A model generated the notes under the pieces. The model did not search any database. It was not told the origin of the DNA and saw only the letters and a program-made list of their open reading frames with translations. Below, one piece after another: positions 17,543 to 24,652 of a stretch of DNA of 34,893 bases (position 1 is the stretch's first letter; every line of letters starts with the position of its first letter). The position numbers and the translations under genes were made by a program. The DNA comes from a virus (lineage: Duplodnaviria; Caudoviricetes): positions 1-34,893 of IMG/VR virus record IMGVR_UViG_3300006127_000048. One strand, written 5' to 3'.

Positions 17543-17623
17543 TCCCCTACCCCAAAGAGTAAGATATGGTAGAATGTAATCTCACGCTGTCCTTGCAAGG
17601 ATTTTAGCTATTTATCACAGAGT

Positions 17624-17660
17624 AAAGAAACACCGTCAAATAAATGGCGGTGTTTTGTTA
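17624..17660. terminator. Bidirectional intrinsic terminator where the two arms converge
   Basis: AAACACCGTCA (17628-17638)-AATAAA-TGGCGGTGTTT (17645-17655), with an A-rich left flank and a T-rich right flank. Confidence 0.8.
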
Positions 17661-17812
17661 TTTCGGCACAAGAATAGTTTTCTTGCCGTTTTTGACGACA
17701 ATGATTCTAGTGTCATAGATTGGAAAGGTAAGTTCCAAACCTTGTGCAAGCGATTGTTCATTTGTATGTCAGAGCCTTGTAGGATGACAACATCTACCCA
17801 GAGGTGTTTCAT
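17636..17812 (-). CDS. SD-led micro-operon ORF3 (58 aa; possibly frameshifted)
   Basis: GAGGAGGTG-GAAC-ATG; MKHLWVDVVILQGSDIQ...; ATGA overlap with ORF2. Its stop lies inside the terminator. Confidence 0.45.
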   Translation of the reverse strand: MKHLWVDVVILQGSDIQMNNRLHKVWNLPFQSMTLESLSSKTARKLFLCRNNKTPPFI

Positions 17813-17982
17813 GTTCCACCTCCTCGATCAGTTCCTTCGAGAGCGTCCCAAGGCAATTCGTTTTGAATGTGCGTAGGTGGTTCTTCAGGAGGGTGTGCAA
17901 AGACTGGACATTCGGTTGTGTTGTCGTTCGCTAACTGGCAACGATACCGACAGATACAGATTAAGCATGGTGAGTAGGTCAT
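17809..17982 (-). CDS. SD-led micro-operon ORF2 (57 aa, Cys-rich)
   Basis: AAGGAG-TTTGT-ATG; MTYSPCLICICRYRCQLANDNTTECPVF...; ATGA overlap with ORF1. Confidence 0.55.
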   Translation of the reverse strand: MTYSPCLICICRYRCQLANDNTTECPVFAHPPEEPPTHIQNELPWDALEGTDRGGGT

Positions 17983-18167
17983 ACAAACTCCTTCTCAAAA
18001 GGTTTATCAACAGGTTTGATTGCTGTAGCTGGGATAGTGAAAATATCAGCATAGTCCCAGAGTGTGGCACAATTCACGTCGCAAAAAGTTTCGTGATGAC
18101 GATGAAAACAGGGTTGTCCGTTTAATGATTTGTTGCAGTAACGGCAGACCGCAGGTTTATTTTCCAT
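17979..18167 (-). CDS. SD-led micro-operon ORF1 (62 aa, treble-clef/TRASH-like Zn finger)
   Basis: GAAAGGA-AACTT-ATG; CRYC...FCDVNC. Confidence 0.65.
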   Translation of the reverse strand: MENKPAVCRYCNKSLNGQPCFHRHHETFCDVNCATLWDYADIFTIPATAIKPVDKPFEKEFV

Positions 18168-18261
18168 AAGTTTCCTTTCAAGTTGAGTTGTTTAGAGCTG
18201 GTCTTGATTCATAACTCTCGGTTATGTTTAATCAAGGGTCTGATCTAAGTATACACCCATA

Positions 18262-18291
18262 ACAAAAATCCACTATTACAGTGTAGTGGAT
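18262..18291 (-). terminator. Intrinsic terminator after the lysis cassette
   Basis: Minus strand ATCCACTA-CACTGTAA-TAGTGGAT-TTTTGTT. Confidence 0.7.
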
Positions 18292-18357
18292 AATTGTTTT
18301 AGGATAGCGACATTTTACCGATAGTTGTGTGTTCGTTTCCTTGCTATTAGTATATCA

Positions 18358-18537
18358 CTATTTAACTCCTGTGATAATGTTGTATGTGTGTCCAATTGCT
18401 GTCAATCCTGACAAAACGAAACCGATTACTACAGCTACCTGTGGGGAGACGAGACTTGTAATTGAACCTAGACCTGTAATAACGAAAGTAAGAATTATAC
18501 CGATCTGAACTTTATGACTGTTTATATATGCGAACAT
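18358..18537 (-). CDS. Holin-like two-TM protein (59 aa)
   Basis: Not in track. MFAYINSHKVQIGIILTFVITGLGSITSLVSPQVAVVIGFVLSGLTAIGHTYNIITGVK, directly after the putative lysin. Confidence 0.65.
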   Translation of the reverse strand: MFAYINSHKVQIGIILTFVITGLGSITSLVSPQVAVVIGFVLSGLTAIGHTYNIITGVK

Positions 18538-18571
18538 GTTTTTATTGTTAGTTTAATAAATCTGATAATAA

Positions 18572-19489
18572 TTATACACCGACCTTTTTGGCTTGTATAG
18601 AGCCAAACCATTGCTTCCAAAAGGCTAAAACCCCTGCATAGAACGAATTAGACATTCTTTGCTGTTGAGGAATAGGCGGTACGACCACAATAGGCTGTAT
18701 AGGGCGTATAAAGCCTTGCGTGGCTACTCCAACATAGTAACCAGAGGCCAGAAACTTAGGATTAGGCTGATATTGGTCATTTATAGTCATATTGCCCACA
18801 GAATCAATACTTAGCAACGACACTTCGTGGCAGATCGATGTATCCGTGTTTACAGGTACATTCACTTGATTCCACTGATTTCCGTCTACTGGAATACCAA
18901 TATTTAATGGTGCTTGCTGTAAAGCTGTTCTCATTGACTGTATATCTGTAGAAATACCCTGACTTTGAATGGTTACATACTTTAAGAATTGCTGACCTAG
19001 AGCTTTCATAGCAGGTGTTACACGAGAAACATTATAGTAATCCTCAATAAATACTTCCTCACTAGAATCTGCATTAGCTAAAGCCTGACTATAGTTGAGC
19101 ATTGAACGGGGTATAAAGCCTCTTGAAGCAAATGACTGCCATGCTTCTGGTGAAGTACCTCCATTATCTAGGTTTCCACAAAGTATCTCATGGAATAGTT
19201 CCGATAGTTGGAAAGTGCCATTAACTATATAACCATTAGTATTGAAAAAGTTAAGAGCTTCTGTACCGAATTGATTGTTGGCAAGTAGCCAGTTAATTTG
19301 GATCGTGGCGCATTGGACCGAAGAGAGACACCAGCAGTCGTCTGAATCATAATTACCCCACTTTTGATTCTCAAAGAAAGGCGGTTGCCATACTGCATTT
19401 GGTTCACGGACAACAAAAGGTATTGTTGATGAAAATATCCCCTTTACAAATGTCTTTATTTTTCTTCGGGGTAATGGTTTGAATTGCAT
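18572..19489 (-). CDS. Papain-like (clan CA) cysteine peptidase in the endolysin position
   Basis: Oxyanion Gln and catalytic Cys in ENQKWGNYDSDDCWCLS, GG motif, His in ICHEVSL, and INDQY. Flanked by TM proteins. Confidence 0.7.
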   Translation of the reverse strand: MQFKPLPRRKIKTFVKGIFSSTIPFVVREPNAVWQPPFFENQKWGNYDSDDCWCLSSVQCATIQINWLLANNQFGTEALNFFNTNGYIVNGTFQLSELFHEILCGNLDNGGTSPEAWQSFASRGFIPRSMLNYSQALANADSSEEVFIEDYYNVSRVTPAMKALGQQFLKYVTIQSQGISTDIQSMRTALQQAPLNIGIPVDGNQWNQVNVPVNTDTSICHEVSLLSIDSVGNMTINDQYQPNPKFLASGYYVGVATQGFIRPIQPIVVVPPIPQQQRMSNSFYAGVLAFWKQWFGSIQAKKVGV

Positions 19490-19493
19490 ATTG

Positions 19494-19778
19494 TTAAATC
19501 GCTCCGTGTGTTTTGGCAGTATTTATAACTAGTCCGACAATGGCAAGGATAATTACTCCTGCAACTAGATAAATACCCCATGTAAACGCTTTCTCTACCC
19601 AAACATTAGCTTTAGTCGAAATTTTCTCATCAATCTTATTCATTACCTTTTCCCAAACTTTCTCTTCGGCAAGAGCATGGTCTTTGATCATTTGCTTAAT
19701 CTCTCCTACCTCTCCTTTTAAATAATCTATATCTTTTGCCATGAGTTCCATTTTAGTTGTTAATGAATAATCCTGCAT
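19494..19778 (-). CDS. Coiled-coil protein with a C-terminal TM helix (XhlA/holin-like)
   Basis: Heptad-patterned N-terminus, TM GIYLVAGVIILAIVGLVI, upstream of the lysin. Confidence 0.65.
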   Translation of the reverse strand: MQDYSLTTKMELMAKDIDYLKGEVGEIKQMIKDHALAEEKVWEKVMNKIDEKISTKANVWVEKAFTWGIYLVAGVIILAIVGLVINTAKTHGAI

Positions 19779-19784
19779 GACAAT

Positions 19785-19940
19785 TTACGCAGACTTCTCC
19801 TCTGCAGGTTTAGGATTGATAATAGTGTCAAGGACTTTGGCACATTCTACTAGAAAAGCATGTTCCTCTGCGGTCAATTTAGCTAGACGAGTAGCGTTGT
19901 AAAGGTTATTAAGGGCTTCTTTTGGAGTGATTTTAGGCAT
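19785..19940 (-). CDS. Small hypothetical protein (51 aa)
   Basis: Not in track. MPKITPKEALNNLYNATRLAKLTAEEHAFLVECAKVLDTIINPKPAEEKSA fills the gap. Confidence 0.65.
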   Translation of the reverse strand: MPKITPKEALNNLYNATRLAKLTAEEHAFLVECAKVLDTIINPKPAEEKSA

Positions 19941-20172
19941 TTGTTGCAAGGTTATAGGCTTGTAATTTTTGTTCTGCTAAAGCTAATTGAGCCTGAAGTT
20001 GTTTTATATTATCGTTTAGAAACTTAACCTGATTATTTAAACCCACTAGATTACCCAATTCTACAGAAGTAGTCTGATAGGAATTACCAGCTTGGTCTGT
20101 TTGTGTTGTGGTTGTAGAGATTTTGATTTCTCCGTTTGATAATTTTGTTGCTGTTACTGTTGGTGTGTTCAT
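19933..20172 (-). CDS. Hypothetical protein with a C-terminal coiled coil
   Basis: 79 aa; ATG lies 7 nt after an extended -10. Confidence 0.7.
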   Translation of the reverse strand: MNTPTVTATKLSNGEIKISTTTTQTDQAGNSYQTTSVELGNLVGLNNQVKFLNDNIKQLQAQLALAEQKLQAYNLATNA

Positions 20173-20179
20173 GGATATT

Positions 20180-20215
20180 ATTATAACATTATTTTGATAA
20201 TCATGCTGTGGATTA
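20180..20215 (-). promoter_or_regulatory. Extended -10 promoter for the lysis-side operon with a near-consensus DnaA box
   Basis: Minus strand TAATCCACA (20215-20207)...TGT-TATAAT (20185-20180); no good -35. Confidence 0.5.
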
Positions 20216-20773
20216 CTTCCTTAATACAACCAACGACCCTGATTGTAGATAAATCGTAATCCCTTTCTCACTAATGAACTTGTCAATGACTGTCTTTACA
20301 TCTGGATATTCTTTGTTTCCGTAATCATGGAGACAGATAAAGCCGTTTTTGACTGTATGTTCCCATGCCCAGTTTAAATCCCCCGTGAGAGGCTTTTCAA
20401 AGTGTCCTCCGTCAATATAGACCATACCAAATGACCCTTGAACTAGAGGTAAGACATTCTCACTTCGACCTCGTAAGGTGATTATTCTATCGTTCAGCCC
20501 TAGCTTCTCCATATTCTCCCTAAAGGAAATTAGAGTGTCCTTGTAAACCACACTTCTATCGTTCCAATATGATTGACCTTTAGCGAACCAATCCACGCAG
20601 ATTAGAAAGCCATTACGGAGCTTTGCGACTTGTCCTATAACCGAAGCAGAACGACCCACGAAAGTCCCGACTTCTAGGAAGTTGGCGATAGGTGCGTCAA
20701 TAGCGCAGTTGTGAAGCATACGAGCTTGCTCATCCATTAAAGAACCATGAATATTTTTATAGTCTATTTTCAT
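20213..20773 (-). CDS. Class I SAM-dependent methyltransferase (Methyltransf_24-like, sugar O-methyltransferase type)
   Basis: LEVGTFVGRSA, CVDWF, VYIDGGH and GFICLHDY; start re-set to ATG 20773. Confidence 0.85.
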   Translation of the reverse strand: MKIDYKNIHGSLMDEQARMLHNCAIDAPIANFLEVGTFVGRSASVIGQVAKLRNGFLICVDWFAKGQSYWNDRSVVYKDTLISFRENMEKLGLNDRIITLRGRSENVLPLVQGSFGMVYIDGGHFEKPLTGDLNWAWEHTVKNGFICLHDYGNKEYPDVKTVIDKFISEKGITIYLQSGSLVVLRK

Positions 20774-21671
20774 AAATATAGTGTGGACTGGCTTTGCCAA
20801 CGTTAATTCGTCTTTTACCTTTGTTTGATTCAGGTACTTTGTATTCAAGCGCTGGATTTAAAGTTAAGTCCGTTCCGTCTGTATCGTAGAGAGGTGTTTT
20901 ACATTGATAGCTTTTGAATATGAGAGCCTGTTCAGTACCGAGGTGTTCAAAGTGTACGAACTTTATATCCCAACAGACAGCTAACTTCTTTCCGAGATTT
21001 CTGATAGATATACCAGCGAAGATATCCTGACCCCAAAATTCATTACAAGGAAAGTCGTGCTTGTCCAAAAACTCACCAGAATAGATTTGAAAACCTGTAG
21101 CTGTAGAGGTGAAGTAATCAGTACCAGTTTCTTTCTCTTGTTTGTAGTGGATGTTTCTTATCACATGACCCTCATCAAGATTCCAAATGAGCAGAGCCTT
21201 ACCTTCGTGCCATGTTTTCATGCGAGGGCATTGAACACCACCAACTGACCATACATCACCTTTTAATTCAGGTAACATTCGTTCATAAGCGTTCTCAGGC
21301 ACGGCGATATCGTCTTCAAAGAAAACTATTCCTCCACCACCATTATCCTTGCGCCATTGATTGATTATTTGTAGGGTTTCGGCAACCGTAAATCTCTTTG
21401 TAAGGAATAATTCCCTTTGCTCATCTTTGCGAGGGCTTTCAGCCACATCAGCATATTTCTTAGGTGGGTCTTTGATGTAGTCTACTGACTTCCATTCGTT
21501 ACCATGCTCTGCGATATACTTTTTGAATAGGGCAGTTATCTCGTCATCTTTCGCCATATCCACAAAGAGAAGTTTCATCTCACTTCTTGGCATACGGACA
21601 CGCTGAAAATTGTGAAGCCAGACTTCATGTGTTTTGAGACCTCTATTTATAAATGGGCAGGCGACTATCAT
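20757..21671 (-). CDS. GT-A fold (GT2-like) glycosyltransferase
   Basis: LLFVD, DxD-like VFFEDDI, ATGF, GQDIFAG and late His motif IKFVH. Confidence 0.75.
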   Translation of the reverse strand: MIVACPFINRGLKTHEVWLHNFQRVRMPRSEMKLLFVDMAKDDEITALFKKYIAEHGNEWKSVDYIKDPPKKYADVAESPRKDEQRELFLTKRFTVAETLQIINQWRKDNGGGGIVFFEDDIAVPENAYERMLPELKGDVWSVGGVQCPRMKTWHEGKALLIWNLDEGHVIRNIHYKQEKETGTDYFTSTATGFQIYSGEFLDKHDFPCNEFWGQDIFAGISIRNLGKKLAVCWDIKFVHFEHLGTEQALIFKSYQCKTPLYDTDGTDLTLNPALEYKVPESNKGKRRINVGKASPHYIYENRL

Positions 21672-21672
21672 G

Positions 21673-21984
21673 TTAGTTTACTGTTACTGTTCCGTCTGGA
21701 TTAGTTGTTGTCTTTATTGTTGTCGTCAGGGTTATATACGAAGGATTCACAACAGAAAGAACTTGCTGACCAACAGTCAAGAATTGGAGTAATGCACCTG
21801 CGTCTGTTCCCCATTGAATTAGAACTTGTTGTGGTGTGTAGTTAGGGTTATTGAATACTCCATTGAAAATGGAAGCTATACCAGCACTAAGCGTATTATT
21901 TACATTGATAAGCGAAGCCTTCTGACCGTCTACTGTCTCGCTGATTGTTGGAACTGATCTTTTTATTTGTGGTATTAATGACAT
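21673..21984 (-). CDS. Hypothetical protein (possible fibre chaperone)
   Basis: 103 aa immediately after the large fibre gene. Confidence 0.6.
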   Translation of the reverse strand: MSLIPQIKRSVPTISETVDGQKASLINVNNTLSAGIASIFNGVFNNPNYTPQQVLIQWGTDAGALLQFLTVGQQVLSVVNPSYITLTTTIKTTTNPDGTVTVN

Positions 21985-21994
21985 ATGTTTTTAA

Positions 21995-24286
21995 TTAAAC
22001 CCATGATGACCCATTATAATAAGTTTGGGCATGAGTTGAAAAGTTATAAGCTAATTGACCCTCTACTGGCGAACTAATCGTAGTGTAATCTGGTAATAAA
22101 TATCCCATCGCTGCCGACATCGCATTTAGAGTTGCTACTGGACCGACTGAAGCCACTCCACCTGCACCTGCTGCAACACCAGAACCACCAGTAACGACTC
22201 CTTGTGAATATACAGGACCATCTACTTCCAATCGACCTGTTTTAATTGCTCCTGCGTTAATTCCAGCGACTTCTAGACCAGCGAATTTAATAACATAAAG
22301 GTCGCCAGCACTATTATCTACAAGATACACATAGTTACCATCAGAGGTGATACCATTGACCGAACCTCCATAACTTAGATGAGCAACACCTACAGGAGCA
22401 GTTGGGTCATACACATCCATACACCAAAAGTCATGGTAGCCAGTAGAGAATATATATCGACCATTAAGAGTACAAAATGTTTGATATGCACCCAAGTGTG
22501 TCGTTGAAACAATATAAGGTGCTGTTAAATCACCGATATTTAATATAACCAAATCTCCAGTATTATACATTGGAACGTAAACATATGGAGAATTAACTTG
22601 AAGTGATGGTCCAGAGCCTGATTCAACAAATGTCGAAGAAACTAGAGATGGACTAGAGGCATTTTGAAGACTATATATATTCAGATATGTGCTACCTCCA
22701 TTGTAAAGAGAAACGAACAAATTATTTTCACTTACTAGAGTATAAAATCCTGACACAAATCCTGTACTAATTGTATTCGCCAATTTAGGAGATGATGGAT
22801 TTGAAACATCTACTACAACAAGATTTCCTGTGTTGTCAGCCGTGTACACATACGAACCAGCTACTGCTGTACCTTGATAATATGAAGCTCCTGTTAATGT
22901 GCAATACCCAAAGAATACAGGAGCATCTTTATTTGTAACATCAATGACCTCCATATAATTACCATTTCCAAACAGATATACATAGTTACCTTGAACTGCA
23001 CAAGTTCCAGGACTTCCTCCAGTGATATAAGTAGGATAATAAACTCCAAGTATTTTCGGGTTGGTTGGAATCGTCAAATCATAAATCTGAAGATGACAAG
23101 CATAGTCGACTGAATAACCGAAGTTACCCGCTTTCACAAGATAGTTTGGTCCGTCATGACCTGCTGCAGTAACTGAACCCACTTGAGCTATTTGACTAAC
23201 ATTAGTAATGACATTATTTAAATTCTGACCAAGATTAACATTTCCTGCAACAGAGAGATTATTGTAAAGAGTAAGTCCACCATTAGGGTCAAAGAGAAAA
23301 TCTAGCCCACCACGAATAGAATCATAAAGATAAAATGTTTGAGTGCCGTCTTTGTAAACATCGTTACCCATTTCATACTTACTTTCAATGTTTCCATATC
23401 CAACATTATCAGAACCTAACCAATGAAATACTGTAGAGCGACTTGTGTTGACGGGAGAGTTTCTGTTTTTTAAAAATATACGAGTACGATTGTCGCTTGA
23501 ACTTTCACCTGATATTTGTGCAATACCTTCGCTATCTCCACTACCGAAGTTATTACCATAAACATCTAAAACAAATTGAGGATTTGAGAGACCAAAGCCA
23601 TGATAAGTGTGTGTGGAATAAAAAGTATCTTCCTGTAACTGAAGAATGTGAGAATGACCCCCACTAGCCGACATTTGAAAAAATCTTGATTCGCCATTTA
23701 ATGACATCCAAATACTTGCCCAGTCTTGGTTATCAAATTTGAACACACCGCCATCATATCCCATGTAGGCTTGATGTCCGCTTCCGTCATTATAGAAAAT
23801 AAGACCTTTTTTACCTTGTGGATTTATGGAAATTGTTGAACCACCAACTTGCCAATAAGAACTTGAACCGCCATTACCGAAGTATCCTGCACCGTAGGAA
23901 TGTAAAGATTGGTCTCCAAAATCTACCCAAAATGGGAAATATCCCCCTGAACCTGTTGGCTCTGCACCACTAGTAAGAACCCAGACATCGCTACCAGCGC
24001 CAGTAGGTTTATAAGATGAAACTGAATTAAGATAGGCAAATCTAAACTCTCCACCAGATTGAGGTGTAAAACGGATTGTGGCAGCGCCTGTATTTGTGGC
24101 GTCTCCTACGGAAACTTTACCCCTAAAAGAGCCATTACCACTACTATCCAAAGTCGCATTATTAGTACCTGTTATAGTGTTAGTCCCTGAACCGAAGGCT
24201 ATCTGTGTAGCACCGATTGAGCCACCGATAGTGCCTGTATTGACTGCGTCGAGATTTGAGGTGAAGGGATTAAATACAAATTTCAT
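21995..24286 (-). CDS. Tail fibre / receptor-binding protein with an LVIVD-repeat beta-propeller
   Basis: 763 aa, G/S/N-rich. Repeats LQIYDLTIPTNP, MEVIDVTNKDAP, LVVVDVSNPSSP, LNIYSLQNASSP, LVILNIGDLTAP and WCMDVYDPTAP; typical fibre end EGQLAYN...YYNGSSWV. Confidence 0.8.
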   Translation of the reverse strand: MKFVFNPFTSNLDAVNTGTIGGSIGATQIAFGSGTNTITGTNNATLDSSGNGSFRGKVSVGDATNTGAATIRFTPQSGGEFRFAYLNSVSSYKPTGAGSDVWVLTSGAEPTGSGGYFPFWVDFGDQSLHSYGAGYFGNGGSSSYWQVGGSTISINPQGKKGLIFYNDGSGHQAYMGYDGGVFKFDNQDWASIWMSLNGESRFFQMSASGGHSHILQLQEDTFYSTHTYHGFGLSNPQFVLDVYGNNFGSGDSEGIAQISGESSSDNRTRIFLKNRNSPVNTSRSTVFHWLGSDNVGYGNIESKYEMGNDVYKDGTQTFYLYDSIRGGLDFLFDPNGGLTLYNNLSVAGNVNLGQNLNNVITNVSQIAQVGSVTAAGHDGPNYLVKAGNFGYSVDYACHLQIYDLTIPTNPKILGVYYPTYITGGSPGTCAVQGNYVYLFGNGNYMEVIDVTNKDAPVFFGYCTLTGASYYQGTAVAGSYVYTADNTGNLVVVDVSNPSSPKLANTISTGFVSGFYTLVSENNLFVSLYNGGSTYLNIYSLQNASSPSLVSSTFVESGSGPSLQVNSPYVYVPMYNTGDLVILNIGDLTAPYIVSTTHLGAYQTFCTLNGRYIFSTGYHDFWCMDVYDPTAPVGVAHLSYGGSVNGITSDGNYVYLVDNSAGDLYVIKFAGLEVAGINAGAIKTGRLEVDGPVYSQGVVTGGSGVAAGAGGVASVGPVATLNAMSAAMGYLLPDYTTISSPVEGQLAYNFSTHAQTYYNGSSWV

Positions 24287-24535
24287 TTAAGTTTGAATTA
24301 TAGAAGCCATGACTGCTTTAGTTGAATCGGTGTAGTTGATCGTGAGAGTCGCTACAGTAGTACCGCTTACACCGCCAGATTTATATACATATACATCGGA
24401 AGTTGAACCTGAATAGTTTGGAACTATCGCATTATATGGTGGTATAGCAAAACCAGTAGCAGGATTTATTATCGTGCCGTTTGCGTTTTCTATTTTAGCA
24501 GGTGTTCCTGCACTATTTGTTCCGGGTTCTATCAT
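24287..24535 (-). CDS. Small virion-associated protein
   Basis: 82 aa, beta-rich, abutting the fibre gene. Confidence 0.6.
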   Translation of the reverse strand: MIEPGTNSAGTPAKIENANGTIINPATGFAIPPYNAIVPNYSGSTSDVYVYKSGGVSGTTVATLTINYTDSTKAVMASIIQT

Positions 24536-24574
24536 CGGATTGATTTATTACTGATAATGTGATATATTTTAACC

Positions 24575-24652
24575 ATGATTGACTTAATACTAGGTTGTAT
24601 CGGATTAACTATATTTTGGAAAATTACTGATGTCATATTTGGGGATTGTTAA
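24575..24652 (+). CDS. Antisense leaderless hydrophobic peptide (25 aa)
   Basis: MIDLILGCIGLTIFWKITDVIFGDC, preceded by TTGATT (24540-24545)-17-TATATT (24563-24568) with an extended TG. Confidence 0.5.
   Translation: MIDLILGCIGLTIFWKITDVIFGDC

Noticed and set aside
17655-18125. Plus-strand ORFs 17655-17876 and 17877-18125, and minus-strand 17885-18070
   Set aside because: They lie beyond the terminator or have weak starts. The SD-led, ATGA-coupled minus-strand ORFs explain the region better.
17576-18350. tRNA genes in intergenic gaps
   Set aside because: No cloverleaf with a correctly placed T-loop and acceptor stem could be built, including around the GTTCG near 18330.
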